Positions 27,416 to 39,638 of a stretch of DNA of 60,000 bases are shown here, one piece after another. The notes under the pieces are model-generated. The model ran no database searches. It saw only the letters and a program-made list of their open reading frames with translations, and had not been told where the DNA came from. Position 1 is the stretch's first letter, and every line of letters begins with the position of its first letter. The position numbers and the translations under genes were made by a program. The DNA comes from Felis catus (taxonomy: Eukaryota). The DNA is taken from assembly GCF_018350175.1 (NCBI RefSeq), contig NC_058369.1:6016001-6076000 (forward strand), written 5' to 3'.

Positions 27416-27589
27416 GTATAACCAATTGAATCAGGTTGGAAACCAGGGGTCCATACATATGCAAAAGGAGAGTTTGGTATACACGTTTCAGAGTGACTCT
27501 GCAAAATGCTTCATAATCAAAAAGAGGAAAAGAGTAATTGCTTAATAGTTGGTTAATCAAGGGAACGTTAAGTAGTGGTTAAGCAGGGA

Positions 27590-27745
27590 CCCAGAGGCCC
27601 ACCTGCCAGGGTCCTATTCCGAGTACCGCCACTTACAAGCTGTGTGACCTCAGGCAGTTCCTTTCCCTCTCTGTTTCTCAGTTTCCTCATCTGTAAAGCA
27701 ATGGAAAAACCGTGTCTTCCTCATAGGGCGAATGTGAGATCTCTC
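27590..27745 (+). mobile_element. MIR fragment upstream of CD209
   Basis: gctgtgtgacctcaggcag...ctctgtttctcagtttcctcatctgtaaa core. Confidence 0.7.
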
Positions 27746-28149
27746 AGGGGGCACCCCCACCCCCCAGCCAAAGACCGTCAGGAACTCACTCGCGGTCGAA
27801 CAGATCCAGATTTATTGCTTGTTCCACGAGGGGGAACACACACCCTGGGGAACTGCGAGGCACGTGCCAAACGCTATTGCTACTGAGCACCTATTATTAG
27901 AATAGGCGATGTATATACCCAGCACTAGCACCCGGTGGTAAACCTCACAGAAACAGTTCGAGGCAGGGCGCTTGTCCCGCTTCCCACCCGAGGAAACTGA
28001 GACTCCGACCAGGCCGGGCCAGCGCTCGCAGGACTGGATAGGGTTGGAACAGCGCCTTGTGACCCCGGGGTTGACCGTGCGGCTCCTGCCCCCACCCTCC
28101 GTGCCTTCTCCCCTACTTGTGTCAGCACTTCATTCCTCCACCCTCTTTT

Positions 28150-28250
28150 CCGAGAGGAAGCAGTGTCCTGTTTTGTGTTCTTCTTCCTGAATCGGGGAGG
28201 AATGTTCCTGAGGAGGGGCTGCTGGGGCAGCACGTGGGGTTATAAAAACC
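28150..28250 (+). promoter_or_regulatory. CD209 proximal promoter: TATA box and ETS/PU.1-like sites
   Basis: TATAAAAA at 28241-28248, 43 bp upstream of the ATG. GAGGAAG at 28154. E-box CACGTG at 28231. Confidence 0.7.
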
Positions 28251-28283
28251 ACCGCGTGGAGGGGAGCCGGAGAGAAGAGGAGG

Positions 28284-31200
28284 ATGGCGGAGATGTGTGA
28301 CCCCAAGGAGCCGGATGACCCCGGTGAGGCTGAGGCCCCCCCCCCCTTGGGGTGACGGCAGGGAGGGCCGGGCTCCCTCCAGGCTCCCGGGGGAGTCAGG
28401 TCTGGCCTCCGGCTTGCAGTCCTGACGGCGGGGCTCGGGCAGGCTCGGCTTCAAAGCTCGGCTAAGTGTGTTCTGTCCCGTTCAGAGGTGGAGGTGTTTG
28501 GGGACCAGAGACTGGCTAAGAAATACACCGGCCTGCTCAGGAGCTCACGGAGCCTGCCAGGTACCGAGGTGGGCGTGTCCAGAGCGGGCATCTGGGCAAG
28601 GGGCAGCCGAGAGGCCCCCGCTGCAGCATGGGGGTGGGTGGGGCAGGGTCCGTCCCTGCGGACCTCAGCTCTGCCCGTCTGCTGGTCCTTCAGGGTGTCT
28701 GACCCAGGCCCACCTGCCTCTGCTGCTGCTTCTTGTCTCCCTGGGCTTCTTCATGCTCCTGGTGACCACTCTGGTTCAAGGTGAGTCGGAGGCTGGGGGC
28801 TCGGAGTCTTGGGTCGCTTTAGGTTGTCCCTCTGGGAAGGTCTCGGTGCTATTCCGCATCGCCTTCTGTGTGGCTGGGGGCTGGTTACTACCCCTCTCTG
28901 AGCCTGTTTCTTCATCTGTGAAATGTAGCTCGTCTTCCTCCACACGGGACCTAGGCTCCCAGAGACCTTGAAACCAGATTTGACATCAGGTCAGGCCTGA
29001 AGCTGGTGCTGATGAAAAGGCAATTCTCGGGGCTCCTGGGTGGTTCAGTTGGTTGATCGTCCTACTTCGGCTCAGGTCATGATCTCACGGTTCATGAGTT
29101 TGAGGCCCGCATTGGGCTCCCTGCTGTCGGCACAGAGCCTGCTTTGGATCCTCCGCCCCCCTCTCTTTCTATCCCTCCCCCACTTGCTGTTTCTCTCTCT
29201 CGCTCAAAAATAAATAAACATTAAAAAAAAAATTGGGGCGCCTGGGTGGCTCAGTCGGTTAAGCATCTGACTTCAGCCGGGGTCATGATCTCTTGGTTGG
29301 TGGGTTCGAGCCCCACGTCAGGCTCTGTACTGACAGCTCGGAGCCCGGAGCCTGCTTCGGATTCTGTGTCTCCCTCTCTCTGCCCCTCCCCTGCTCACAC
29401 TCTGTCTCTATCTTCCTCTCTCAAAAATAAATATTTAAATTTTTTTTAAATAAAAAATAAATAAAGGGGAATCCTCTGGTCTGTTGCAGTCTCCAGGATC
29501 CACCAATCCCTGCAGAGAGACACAGGGGACCATCGGGAGAGGAACCATCAGGAGAGCCCCGGCCTCGGTGAAGGGCTAGATGCTGGGTTTGGGGCAGGAG
29601 AGGGCTCAGAGGCTGTGTGACTTTGGATGAGCCACCGCATACCCCTCCCCCCAGGGGTGAAGGAGGGAGGGTAGAAGTGGGGGAGGAGACTGGATCCCCG
29701 GGTGAGACCCTGGGGACGATGTCAGGCAAGTCATTTTCAGAGCCTCAATTTTGTTGTGTGCATAATGGACTCTTGGGGTCCATTGTGAAATCTACTGATA
29801 ATGTTGTCACGGGGCCCTCTCCACACCAAGCACACCCTAGGTGCTTAATAATTGAAGTCCTCTTTTCCCAGGGGATGTTTCTCAGGCCCAGAAACAATCA
29901 TCCCTGGAGGAGATACTCCAGCAGCTGACCTGGATGAATGCCACCCTGGGTAAGCGTCAGACACCAACGTCGGGAGGGAGTTTGGGGCTCCCAGGTGGTG
30001 CTGGAGCCCACCTTCTATGGCTCCTGGCTTCCTCAGGCTGGGGTCCGTCACACGGATTTCCTGGGGACTGAGCTGACAGCTGAACACAGGGGCCCGGCCC
30101 TGGGTTCCCAAGATCTGATGCATCTGCTGGGGGCCTGTCTGTCCCAACCCCACTCTCCTCCCCAGCTGGCCTGTGCCGCCACTGCCCCTGGAAATGGGAA
30201 CTTTTCCAGGGAAGCTGCTACTTCTTCTCCCTGACCCAGAACACCTGGAAAGAGTCCATCGCCGCGTGTCAGAACATGAGGGCCCAGCTGGTGGTCATCA
30301 ACAGCACTGAGGAGCAGGTGAGCTGAGCAGAGCGCCCGACTGGGGCGGGACCTCGGGAAGGCCAGCGAAAAGCCTTCTGTCCCTCTTCTGCCCTCCCCGA
30401 GATGGAGGCCTGGGGTGGGGAGATGGCAGGAAAGGCTTCCTGGAAGAGGGGGCCTTGGGAAGGTCATGTGAGAGAAGAACATGCCCAAGAGGAACCCATG
30501 TGTGAACAGAAAGGGAACTCAGAGCCCTCTCGAGACTGTGCAGAATCTCTCCCCAGACATGAAGCCGAGGCTCAAATAAACACGTTTCCACATGTGTACG
30601 CACATTAACACAGCCACGACACGCGTGTGTGTGAACACATACAACTTGAGTGAGGGCTATCGGCTGGACCACAGGTCTTCCGTTGGGGTGGGGCAGGGGA
30701 CCATGGGAATGTGGGCAGACATGGGGAAGGGTGATGTCTCACTGCCCGTCCTCCCCCGCCCCAGAAATTTCTGAAGTCTTGGAATACGAAAAATAGCCAG
30801 CGCACATGGATCGGCCTCAGTGACCACCACAATGAGGGTTCTTGGAGATGGGTGGACAACACTCCCCTCCAACTCAGGTGATCTCCCAGAGACAATGGCC
30901 TGGGAAGGGTGGGCACTGAAACCCAAACCCGGATGCTCAGACTCTGGAATTGGAAAGCATCATCTGATGGGCTTGCTCGGTGGAGATGCAGAGTCCTGAC
31001 TCCATCCCAGGGTGGGGGGGTCTGATTCTATAAATCTAGGTGTGGGCCCAGGAATCTGCATTTGTACTTTGCAAGCGCTGATTCCATTGGGAGTGGTGTT
31101 TGAACCCTCGTTTTGAAAACGCTGCCTCTGAATCCTCGCCACTCTCTGACTGCTACTGGGGCTTTTGCCACCAAAGGCCGGGGACCAGCTCTTCCAAGGG

Positions 31201-31403
31201 TGGGCTGGGGAGTGGGCTCTGGGTGGAGCAGGGGGGCCGATGGCTTTGATGGTGTTCACAGCTTCTGGAAAGAAGGGGAACCCAACAACCACGGGGATGA
31301 GGACTGTGTGGAATTGTACAGTGACGGCTGGAATGACAACAGATGTAGTACAGAAAACTTCTGGATCTGTAAGAAGCCCTCGTCCCCCTGCCCGGGCCTC
31401 TGA
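28284..31403 (+). CDS. CD209: DC-SIGN/CD209-family type II C-type lectin, 8 coding exons: 28284-28323, 28486-28560, 28694-28780, 29490-29567, 29872-29949, 30166-30317, 30765-30877, 31262-31403 (765 nt, 254 aa)
   Basis: All introns are GT-AG and phase-consistent. N-terminus [54 protein letters not shown]; two 78-nt neck exons; [22 protein letters not shown]...WIGLSD...[28 protein letters not shown]...FWICKK, with mannose-type EPN and WND motifs. Confidence 0.93.
29029..29463 (+). mobile_element. Two tandem CanSINEs in CD209 intron 3, ending about 25 bp before the exon 4 acceptor
   Basis: Two tRNA-like heads, (CT)n tracts and A-tails. Confidence 0.9.
30940..31125. mobile_element. MER5A-like DNA transposon in CD209 intron 7
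   Basis: tctgattc..aaatctaggtgtgggcccaggaatctgcattt motif. Confidence 0.6.
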
Positions 31404-31672
31404 GGGCCAGTGCTCCCCGTGCCCCACCCCGTCTCCAGAGATCAGGCAACGAGCTCATGCATGCATGCTGCTTGTTTCTCTCGGGCTTCGTTCTTTCCGC
31501 TTCTCCTGCTGGTGGACTCCCATCCTTCTCCTGCATGGAGGCCTTTAAGATCCTGAGAGAGATTCCGAGACCCCCTTCTCCTCTAAGATCTGTCCCTTTG
31601 TAGGCTGTAGACGTCTCCCTTCTTCTGTTGATGGTCTCAGCCCCTCTCCAACACCCCCCATGACATCCCCTT

Positions 31673-31678
31673 AATAAA
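31673..31678 (+). terminator. CD209 polyadenylation signal
   Basis: AATAAA 270 bp after the stop codon, followed by a GT/T-rich downstream element. Confidence 0.75.
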
Positions 31679-31904
31679 GTCACACACTGCATTATGTGTT
31701 CCATTGAACTTCTGTCTGTCTATTTTTTTGGCCACTGTTTCACTCACTATAGTGTTAAATTATATTTGATATAAACTAGGGTATTGTTTTCTTTCACTCG
31801 GTTTCTCTCTACTACTGTGTATTTTATTTCTCAGATACAGTTTTGGATTAATTTGTAATTTGGGTTGAGAATATACATATATACATATAAGTATGTATGT
31901 GTCT

Positions 31905-32182
31905 ATGTGTCTGGCTATCTATTTATCTATCTATCATCTATCTATCATTTATCTATTATCTATCTATCTATCATCTATCTATCTATCACCTATCAACCAA
32001 TGTATCTATCTATCCATCTATCATCTACCAATCAGTGTATCTATCATCTATTGTCAATCTATTTTCTATCTATCTATCCATCTATCTATCATCTATCCAT
32101 CTATTATCTATCATCTATCAATGTATCTATCTATCCATCTATCTATCATCTATCTATCTATCTATCTATCATCTATCTATCT
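31905..32182. repeat. Compound (TATC/ATC)n microsatellite
   Basis: About 280 bp of imperfect TCTA repeats. Confidence 0.95.
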
Positions 32183-35100
32183 ATGTGTTCATTCCTGAAC
32201 ACATCATGTCTTTATACGGCACTTTTAAATGTCCTTCAGTAAAGTTTTGTGACTTTCTTCATAAAAACTTTATTACTAAATGTGTGTGTTAGTGTCCTAT
32301 TGATGCTGTAACAAATTACCACAAACTTTGTGGCTTAAAACAGCACGAATGTACCCCTTACAGCTCCAGACGTTCAGTGTCTTAATTGTCTTCGTGTCCT
32401 TAACCTTTTTGATAAGTATTAGTCAATTATTCCTTTTTTCAAAGTTTATTTTGATTTTCTTTTGAAGGTGGGGGGAAGGGACAGAGAGAGAGGGAGAGAG
32501 AGAATCCCAAGCAGGCCCCACACTGTCAGTGCAGAGCCTGACACAGGGCTCGAATTCACAAACCGTGAGATCAAGAGTTAGACGCTTAACCAACTGAGCC
32601 ACCCATGCGCCCCTATTTTTAATTTTTTTAACTTTATTTTTTAATTTTTAATTTTTTAAATGGCATCTGTGCCCTTTATTTCTTTTTCTTAAATTTTTTT
32701 AATGTTTACTTATTTTTGAGAGAGAGAGAGAGAGAGAAACAATAAGTGGGGGAGGGACAGAGAGAGAGGGAGACACAGAATCCAAAGCAGGCTCCAGGCT
32801 CTGAACTGTCAGCACAGAGCCTGACGTGAGGCTCGAACTCACAAACCGTGAGATCATGACCTAAGCTGAAGTTGGATGCTCAACCGATTGAGCCACCCAG
32901 GCGTCCCCTATTATTATTTTTTATAATAGCTATCTTAGTGGATGTGAAGTGCTATCTCATTATGGTTTAGGTATGCTTTTGGTTTGGGGTGTCCAGTGCT
33001 CTAGGTCTCCTCAGGAGGCAGAGCTAGGAAATACATGCATGTGTACTAACTGAAACACATACACATACACTTCTATATTTATTTCTGTATCTACTTGTCT
33101 GTGTACATATATTAAAAACTATGAGTTCAGGGATGCTTGGTTGACTCAGTAGAGCATGCGACTCTTGATCTTGGGGTTGTGAGTTCGAGCCCCTGTTGGG
33201 TGTAGGATTACTTAAAAAAAAAAAGCACAAATTCATACCGATACTCTACTTCCTGTCTAACACTGCAGAGTTCATTCTGGCCTTTCCCCTGTGCTTACTT
33301 GTAAATTTTTGTAAAATTTTTAAATGTTTTTATTTATTTTTGGCAGAGAAAGAGCGCATGTGTGCGTGAGCATGGTGGGGGAGGGGCAGAGAGCGAGAGG
33401 GAGACACAGAATCTGAAGCAGGCTGCAGGCTCTGAGCTGTCAGCACAGAGCCTGATGTGGGGCTGAAACCCATGAACCTTGAGATCATGACCTGAGCCAA
33501 AGTCGGACACTTACCCGACTGAACCACCCAGTCGCCCTCCCCTGTCCTTATTTGTAACATCTTTCAGCAACAGTGAGAGACCTGGCTCTCATTATTCACA
33601 ATATATTTGCTAATCATTTGCTCAATCCTAGAATACACAGGAAGTAGTTTCAGAATTTATAATTCATATCTCTGTGAGAAACAATTATCCTGTTGTTGAA
33701 GTGTATCCTTTCATGGATTCTTCAGCAAAGACTAATGGGTACAGAGTTCCTTTACATCTTGTGTATAATTGAAGGACAGCTGGGCTGGGTATCAAATCTT
33801 AGGTTTGTGCTTTTGTTCATTGAGTTTTTGTTTTGTTTTTTAAAGTTTGGGTTTTTTAAAAAAGAGAAATGGGGAAGGGGCAGAGAAAGAAGGAGAGAGA
33901 GAATCTTAAGGGCCCCGACGCAGGGCTTGATCTCACAGATGGTGAGATCATGACCTGAGCTGAAATCAACAGTTGGTTGCTTAACCACCTGAACCCCCCC
34001 CCCCAGGTGCCCAGTTTTGCTGTGTTTTTTAAATGACACTCATTGTTGTCTTGTTTTGAATGTTAGTTTTGAGAAGTCTTAAATCAGTAGAATTCTTTTG
34101 ACTTGGTAAATTGTTTGATCTGGAGGACTTGAAGATTTAATCTTTGAAATTGAATAGTTAAAAAATATGTTTCAGAGTCGGCCATTCTGGGTTAATTTTC
34201 CTAAGTATCTGCTGAGTCTTTTCAATGTGTAAATTCAGGTGATTTTCTATTTCTGAAAAAAAATTTTGAGTATGGTTTAAATATTTAGCTCTGTTTTATT
34301 TTGTCTGTCTTCTCCAGGGACTCCAAAAATACACACATTATTCTTTCAGTCTGGACTTCCATTTTAATCCATTTCTCCCTGACCCTGTTTGACTTCTTTC
34401 TCAAGTCATTATTATTTTTTGTTGTTGTTTTCCTGTCTTTTTTCTGCTACCCTTTATCAAATTTTCATTGGAGTCTATTCTCTCTTGAGTACCTTATAAT
34501 TTATTCTACAGGTCTGAGATAATTTTGCCTTTTTTTCCATTTATTTTCTTCATTTATCCCTGTCCGTGTCAGTATTTTAGTTTTTGAATTTTTGATGTAA
34601 GGAGATTTTTTTTTCATATGGGCAAATGCCCGTTTGACTACACAGTATTGAATTCTGTTTGGAGTGCTGACTTACAATTTCCTTCTACATCTTGACTCCT
34701 TTCTGGAAGTCGTTTTTCCTTTGTTGATTTGTGTGGATTTTCATTTCCTGAATTTTTGCAATTACTCTCTGTGGACTTAACTATGTTCCTTTTGTTCGGG
34801 TTTTTGTTACTGGGAACAGTCCGTGAGCTATGAGGCTTGATGGCGCCCTCTTCTGTCAACACAGCAAAGGGACTTACTTTTGTATTTTTTGTTCTGCTTT
34901 GTTGGTGGGAGGAATAGGTTGAGAGACCTCCAATTCATAGTTTTCTTTTGTCTTGAAGGGCTCTACATTTTCCCCTTCCATTCCTCTTCACCACCAGATT
35001 GCCAACCAGCTCCTCTCTCTTCCTTTTTCCCCTTTCTTTCTCCGGAAGCTATGCGTATTGAAGACTGTCCCTTATATTCATTCATTTTCTAGAATTTGCA

Positions 35101-35709
35101 CTCTCTCTGATCTGCCCAGGCATCACTGCAGTATTTTCAGACTTAGGGTGAGCTTAATCTATCCAGAGCTAGTTCTAGATCAACCTCAGATTGTTTTGCT
35201 AGTTTCCCTTTTTTGTATCCACTGTAGTTTTCCTCCATTGCCTTTGATTCAAGCATGAAGCACAAGGGTGGGGCCCTCATATTTCAATTTCATGATTCTT
35301 CACTTTTCCTCGTGATCCTTTTACATTCTGTCATTCTTTGTGTTCAAACTATACCATACCTTGCTTCCCCCTCTTGTTTTCTGTTGCTTTGGGAAGAAAT
35401 ATTTGGGAAACAGATCTCCCCATGGTGGGACCCTCTTGAGATTCTTCATAACTGTTCCGATACTAATGGATAATGTTGTCAACACCAAAAGACATGAGTG
35501 GCATTGGTATTGTTTTTCTAGGCTTACAGGGGACTCCCAATTGAGTTGACCTTATTTGCCAGACTGAAGATTGACCACAGCCAAACCACAGCCAAGATGG
35601 TGGTCTTCAGTGGAGGGTGGGATGCGGACAACAGAGGTTATGGCGTCAGTAAACAGAACTGCTATCACTAGATATATAGGGTACTAAGGAAAGGTCAAGT
35701 AAAAGCTAA

Positions 35710-36165
35710 CAGTTCAGCACTATTCACAATAGGCAAAAGGAGGAAACAGCCCAAATGCCCATCAACCGATGAACGGGTAAACAAACTCTAGTATATTCAT
35801 ACAATGGGATATTATTTAGTCATAAAAAGGAACTAAGTACTGACACCTGCTACAACATAGATGAACTTTGAAAACATTATGCTCAGTGGGAGAAACCAGA
35901 CACAAAATGTCACATATATGGAATGTCCAAAGTAGGCAAATCTTCGTAAAGGCAGAAAGCAGATTCGTGGTTGCCAGGGACTGGGGGAGGGGAGGGGGGA
36001 GTAAGGGCTAATTGGTCCAGGATTTCCTCTTTTGGGTGATGAAAAGTTCTGGAACCAGAGAGTGGGGATGGTTGCGCAACATTGTGAATGTGCTCAATGC
36101 CCCAGAATTGTACACTTTAAAGTGGTAAAAATGGTCAATTTTATGTGTATTTTACCCCAATGAAA
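35710..36165 (+). mobile_element. Old L1 (L1MB-like) 3' end
   Basis: cagcactattcacaatagg...cccaaatgcccatcaac...gaattgtacactttaaa. Confidence 0.8.
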
Positions 36166-37973
36166 AGGAAGTTAATGTTTCACTAAATATCTGTTCTGTC
36201 CATTTGAATCTATGAGGGGATTGGATCTGTCACTCAGTATCCCCCAAATGACAGGTTCCTGGCAAGTGTGGAAAAGCTGGGAGGTGGTTCTCTTGTCCAC
36301 CTTCACGGCCACTTGGGCGATCTTGTGGCCAGTGCCATTGCTTCTTGGTTATAGGCCTATGAGACTCTTCTCAAGTTATCAACTATGAATATCACCTACT
36401 GGCTTGTTATGTGGAAACATCTCTTCTCTTGACTTCATCCTTTCTTGTCAAAATCAGATGGAAATTTCTAGACCCCCTTTTTTTGTAGCTGTTTAACTTT
36501 ATTATTTTTTATTTTTATTTTATTTTTAACTTTTTTTAAAATTTACATCCAAGTTAGTTAGCGTATAGTGCAACAATGATTTCAGGAGTAGCTTCCTTAA
36601 TGCCCCTGACCCGTTTAGCCCATGCTCCCTCTGTTTGTTCTCCATATTTAAGAGTCTCTTATGGTTTGTCCCCCTCCCTGTTTTTATATTATTTTTGCTT
36701 CCCTTCCCATATGTTCATCTGTTTTGTATCTGACATTCCTCATATGAGTGAAGTCATATGATGTTTGTCTTTCTCTGATTAATTAATTTCGCTTAGCATA
36801 ATACCCTCCAGTTCCATCCACGTAGTTGCAAATGGCAATCAGCTTACGTTCTCCTGGTTCATGAGTTCGAGCCCCACGTTGGGCTCTGTGCTGACAGCTC
36901 TGAGCCTGGAGCCTGCTTCAGCTTCTGTGTCTCCCTCTCTCTCTGCCCTTCCCCTGCTCATGCTCTGTATCCCTCTCTGTCTTAAAAATAAACATTTTTT
37001 GGGGCGCCTGGGTGGCGCAGTCGGTTAAGCATCCGACTTCAGCCAGGTCACCATCTCGCGGTCCGTGAGTTCGAGCCCCGCGTCAGGCTCTGGGCTGATG
37101 GCTCAGAGCCTGGAGCCTGTTTCCGATTCTGTGTCTCCCTCTCTCTCTGCCCCTCCCCCGTTTATGCTCTGTCTCTCTCTGTCCCAAAAATAAATAAACA
37201 TTGAAAAAAAATTTTTTTTAAAAATAATAATAAAAAAAAATAAACATTTTTGAAAAATTAAAAAAGAAGAGGGAGAGACACCAGAGCTCCCTCTCTCCTC
37301 CATGAGAGGTACAGCGAGAAGGCAGCCATCTTCCAGCGAGGAAGAGAGCTCTCACCAGGAACCATATCTACAGGCACCTTGACCTTGGACTTCCCAGCTT
37401 CCAGACCCCTGTTGCTAATAAGCCACACAGACTATGGTATTTTTAAAATAGCAGCCTGAGCCGAATAAGACACATGCCTCTCACCCCATTCCTAAAAGCA
37501 TTTAAAAAGGATTTAAAATGATCTCCCTGTTCAGGGCCCAGGACTGGCTTTGTCCTTTTCAGCTGTAAGGGTGTGCATGGGTTAGGATGTGTGCAGTTGT
37601 TAGCAAGAGGCAACAACACAGACAGGTATAAACAAATGAACAAATGACTAACTGGCTCAGGTAACTGAAAGTCCTGTTTCGGAGCGAGCCCAAAGATGCT
37701 GCTGAGGACCCCATGCCTGCCCATCTCTACTTCCTATGGTCTCCGTCCCAAGTTATGGGCTGAACGTGTGGTCAATTGTGATGACAGGCTTGGAGGAAAG
37801 GGCCAGGAGAAAACAGGGCTTGCATTGGAAGTGAAATCTAGTTATCACAAAAGACTCCCCACCACCCCGATTTTCCTGGGCCTCACCCCAGACTCACTGA
37901 ATTGGACTCTCTTGGGTGTGGGTTAAGAATCTGCATTTTTTTTTAAGTTTCTTTTGAGAGGTGGGGGAGGGGC

Positions 37974-38008
<35 letters not shown>

Positions 38009-39638
38009 GAATCCCAAGCAGGCTCCACACATTGAACGCGGAGCCAGACGAGGGGCTCAATCCCATGAACCACGCAATCATGACCTGAGCAGAAATCAAG
38101 AGTCAGCCGCTGAACAGCCGGCCACCCCAAGGATCTGCATTTTAATAAGTGCCCCCAGGGAAATGCAAATGAAACCCACAATGGGATCTCCCTTTACACC
38201 CACTAGAACAGCTAGAATAAAAAAGATAATCGCAAATGTTGTCAGGGATGTGCAGAAATTGGAAACTTAGAAGACATTCATAAGAGAGCAGGGGCACCTG
38301 GGGGGCTCAGTCGGTTGAGCGTCTGACTTCGGCTCAGGTGGGTTCGAGCCCCGCGTCTGACTTTGTGCTGACAGCTCAGAGCCTGGAGCCCGCTTCGGAT
38401 TCTGTGTCTTGCCTCTCTCTCTCTCTCTGCCCCTCCCTGCTTGTGCACTCTCTCTCTCTCTCTGTCTCTAAATAAATAAATGTTAAAAATTAAAAAAAAA
38501 GAGAGAGCAGATCTTCAAAATTCTCATCATGAGGGGAAAAAATGTATAACTGTTAACTATGGAACTAGATTTATTGTGGAGATCACTTTGCAATATATAC
38601 ATATATTGAATCATTATGCTGCATTCTTGAAACTAATACAATGTTATGTGTCAATTATATTATATATATATTGCTATATATATATAATATATATATAATT
38701 ATATTATATGTGGTGAGTGTCTCACATATTTTGCAATACGATCGCCTATCAAATGCCTGGCGATGCCAGCCCTACCCGGAGGCCACGGTGAGGCTCCTGA
38801 CTGTCCAGCCAGTAGCCTTTGAGGATGAGGACACTGACCCCCAGAGAGAGCTGCTGCTGGAGGGCCAGGAGGCAAGGATTCCAAAAGCAGCCTCCCCGTC
38901 ACCCTGCCTCTGTCCTCCCTCCCCCTTCCCTGCACGAGAGGTGAGAGGGACTGTGGGAGAGGCCACCAGACAGCTGACCAGGGAAACGCAGAGGAGGGAG
39001 ATGAGTCCTGGCTTGCAGCCCCACCTCCGTCTGGGGCCTGGACCCGAACCCCTCAGGCTATGGCGGTTTGCTCTAATCTGTAACCTGCAGGTGACATTAT
39101 CTACCCCAAAGTGGGAAGATTAAATCAACTCGTATATGAAGTAGCTAGAAGAATGCCCACGATAGCAGCTATTAAATAAACAAGCAGTTGTGACTCAGCC
39201 CGGACTCCCGAAGTCAGTCCCAAAATCGCCATCAATGAGGCCATCAGGAAGCCAAGAGGGCACAGTGGAAGTCAGAGGGAGGTGATGGTTCCAGGGCGAG
39301 GGGGACACGGTCCGAGCTGCCCTCAGTGAAGGAGGCATCACAAGTTAGCCCTACTTTCCACATTGTCGGATCTCATCCAAAGCATCCCATGGCCTGGCTG
39401 TTGCCCCCAGACCACCCTGCACCACCTCTTGGAATTCCTGGAAGGCCCAGCCCGTCTCATTCCGCATCAGAAGCTCTGCCCTCTCCCTCCGGCCTCTCAC
39501 AGTGATGTGTCACAGCCCGGTGCCCCGTTCCTTTTCCTGAGCGAAAGTAGGTTTTGGAGGTGAGCACCACGGGGCGAGAAAGAAAAGCCGTGGGTCCCCA
39601 GGAGTCCCGGACAAGGCGTTTGGGGACCGTAGGTGGAC

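Noticed and set aside
31865..32292. ORFs rich in YLSI repeats
   Set aside because: Translation of the TATC microsatellite.
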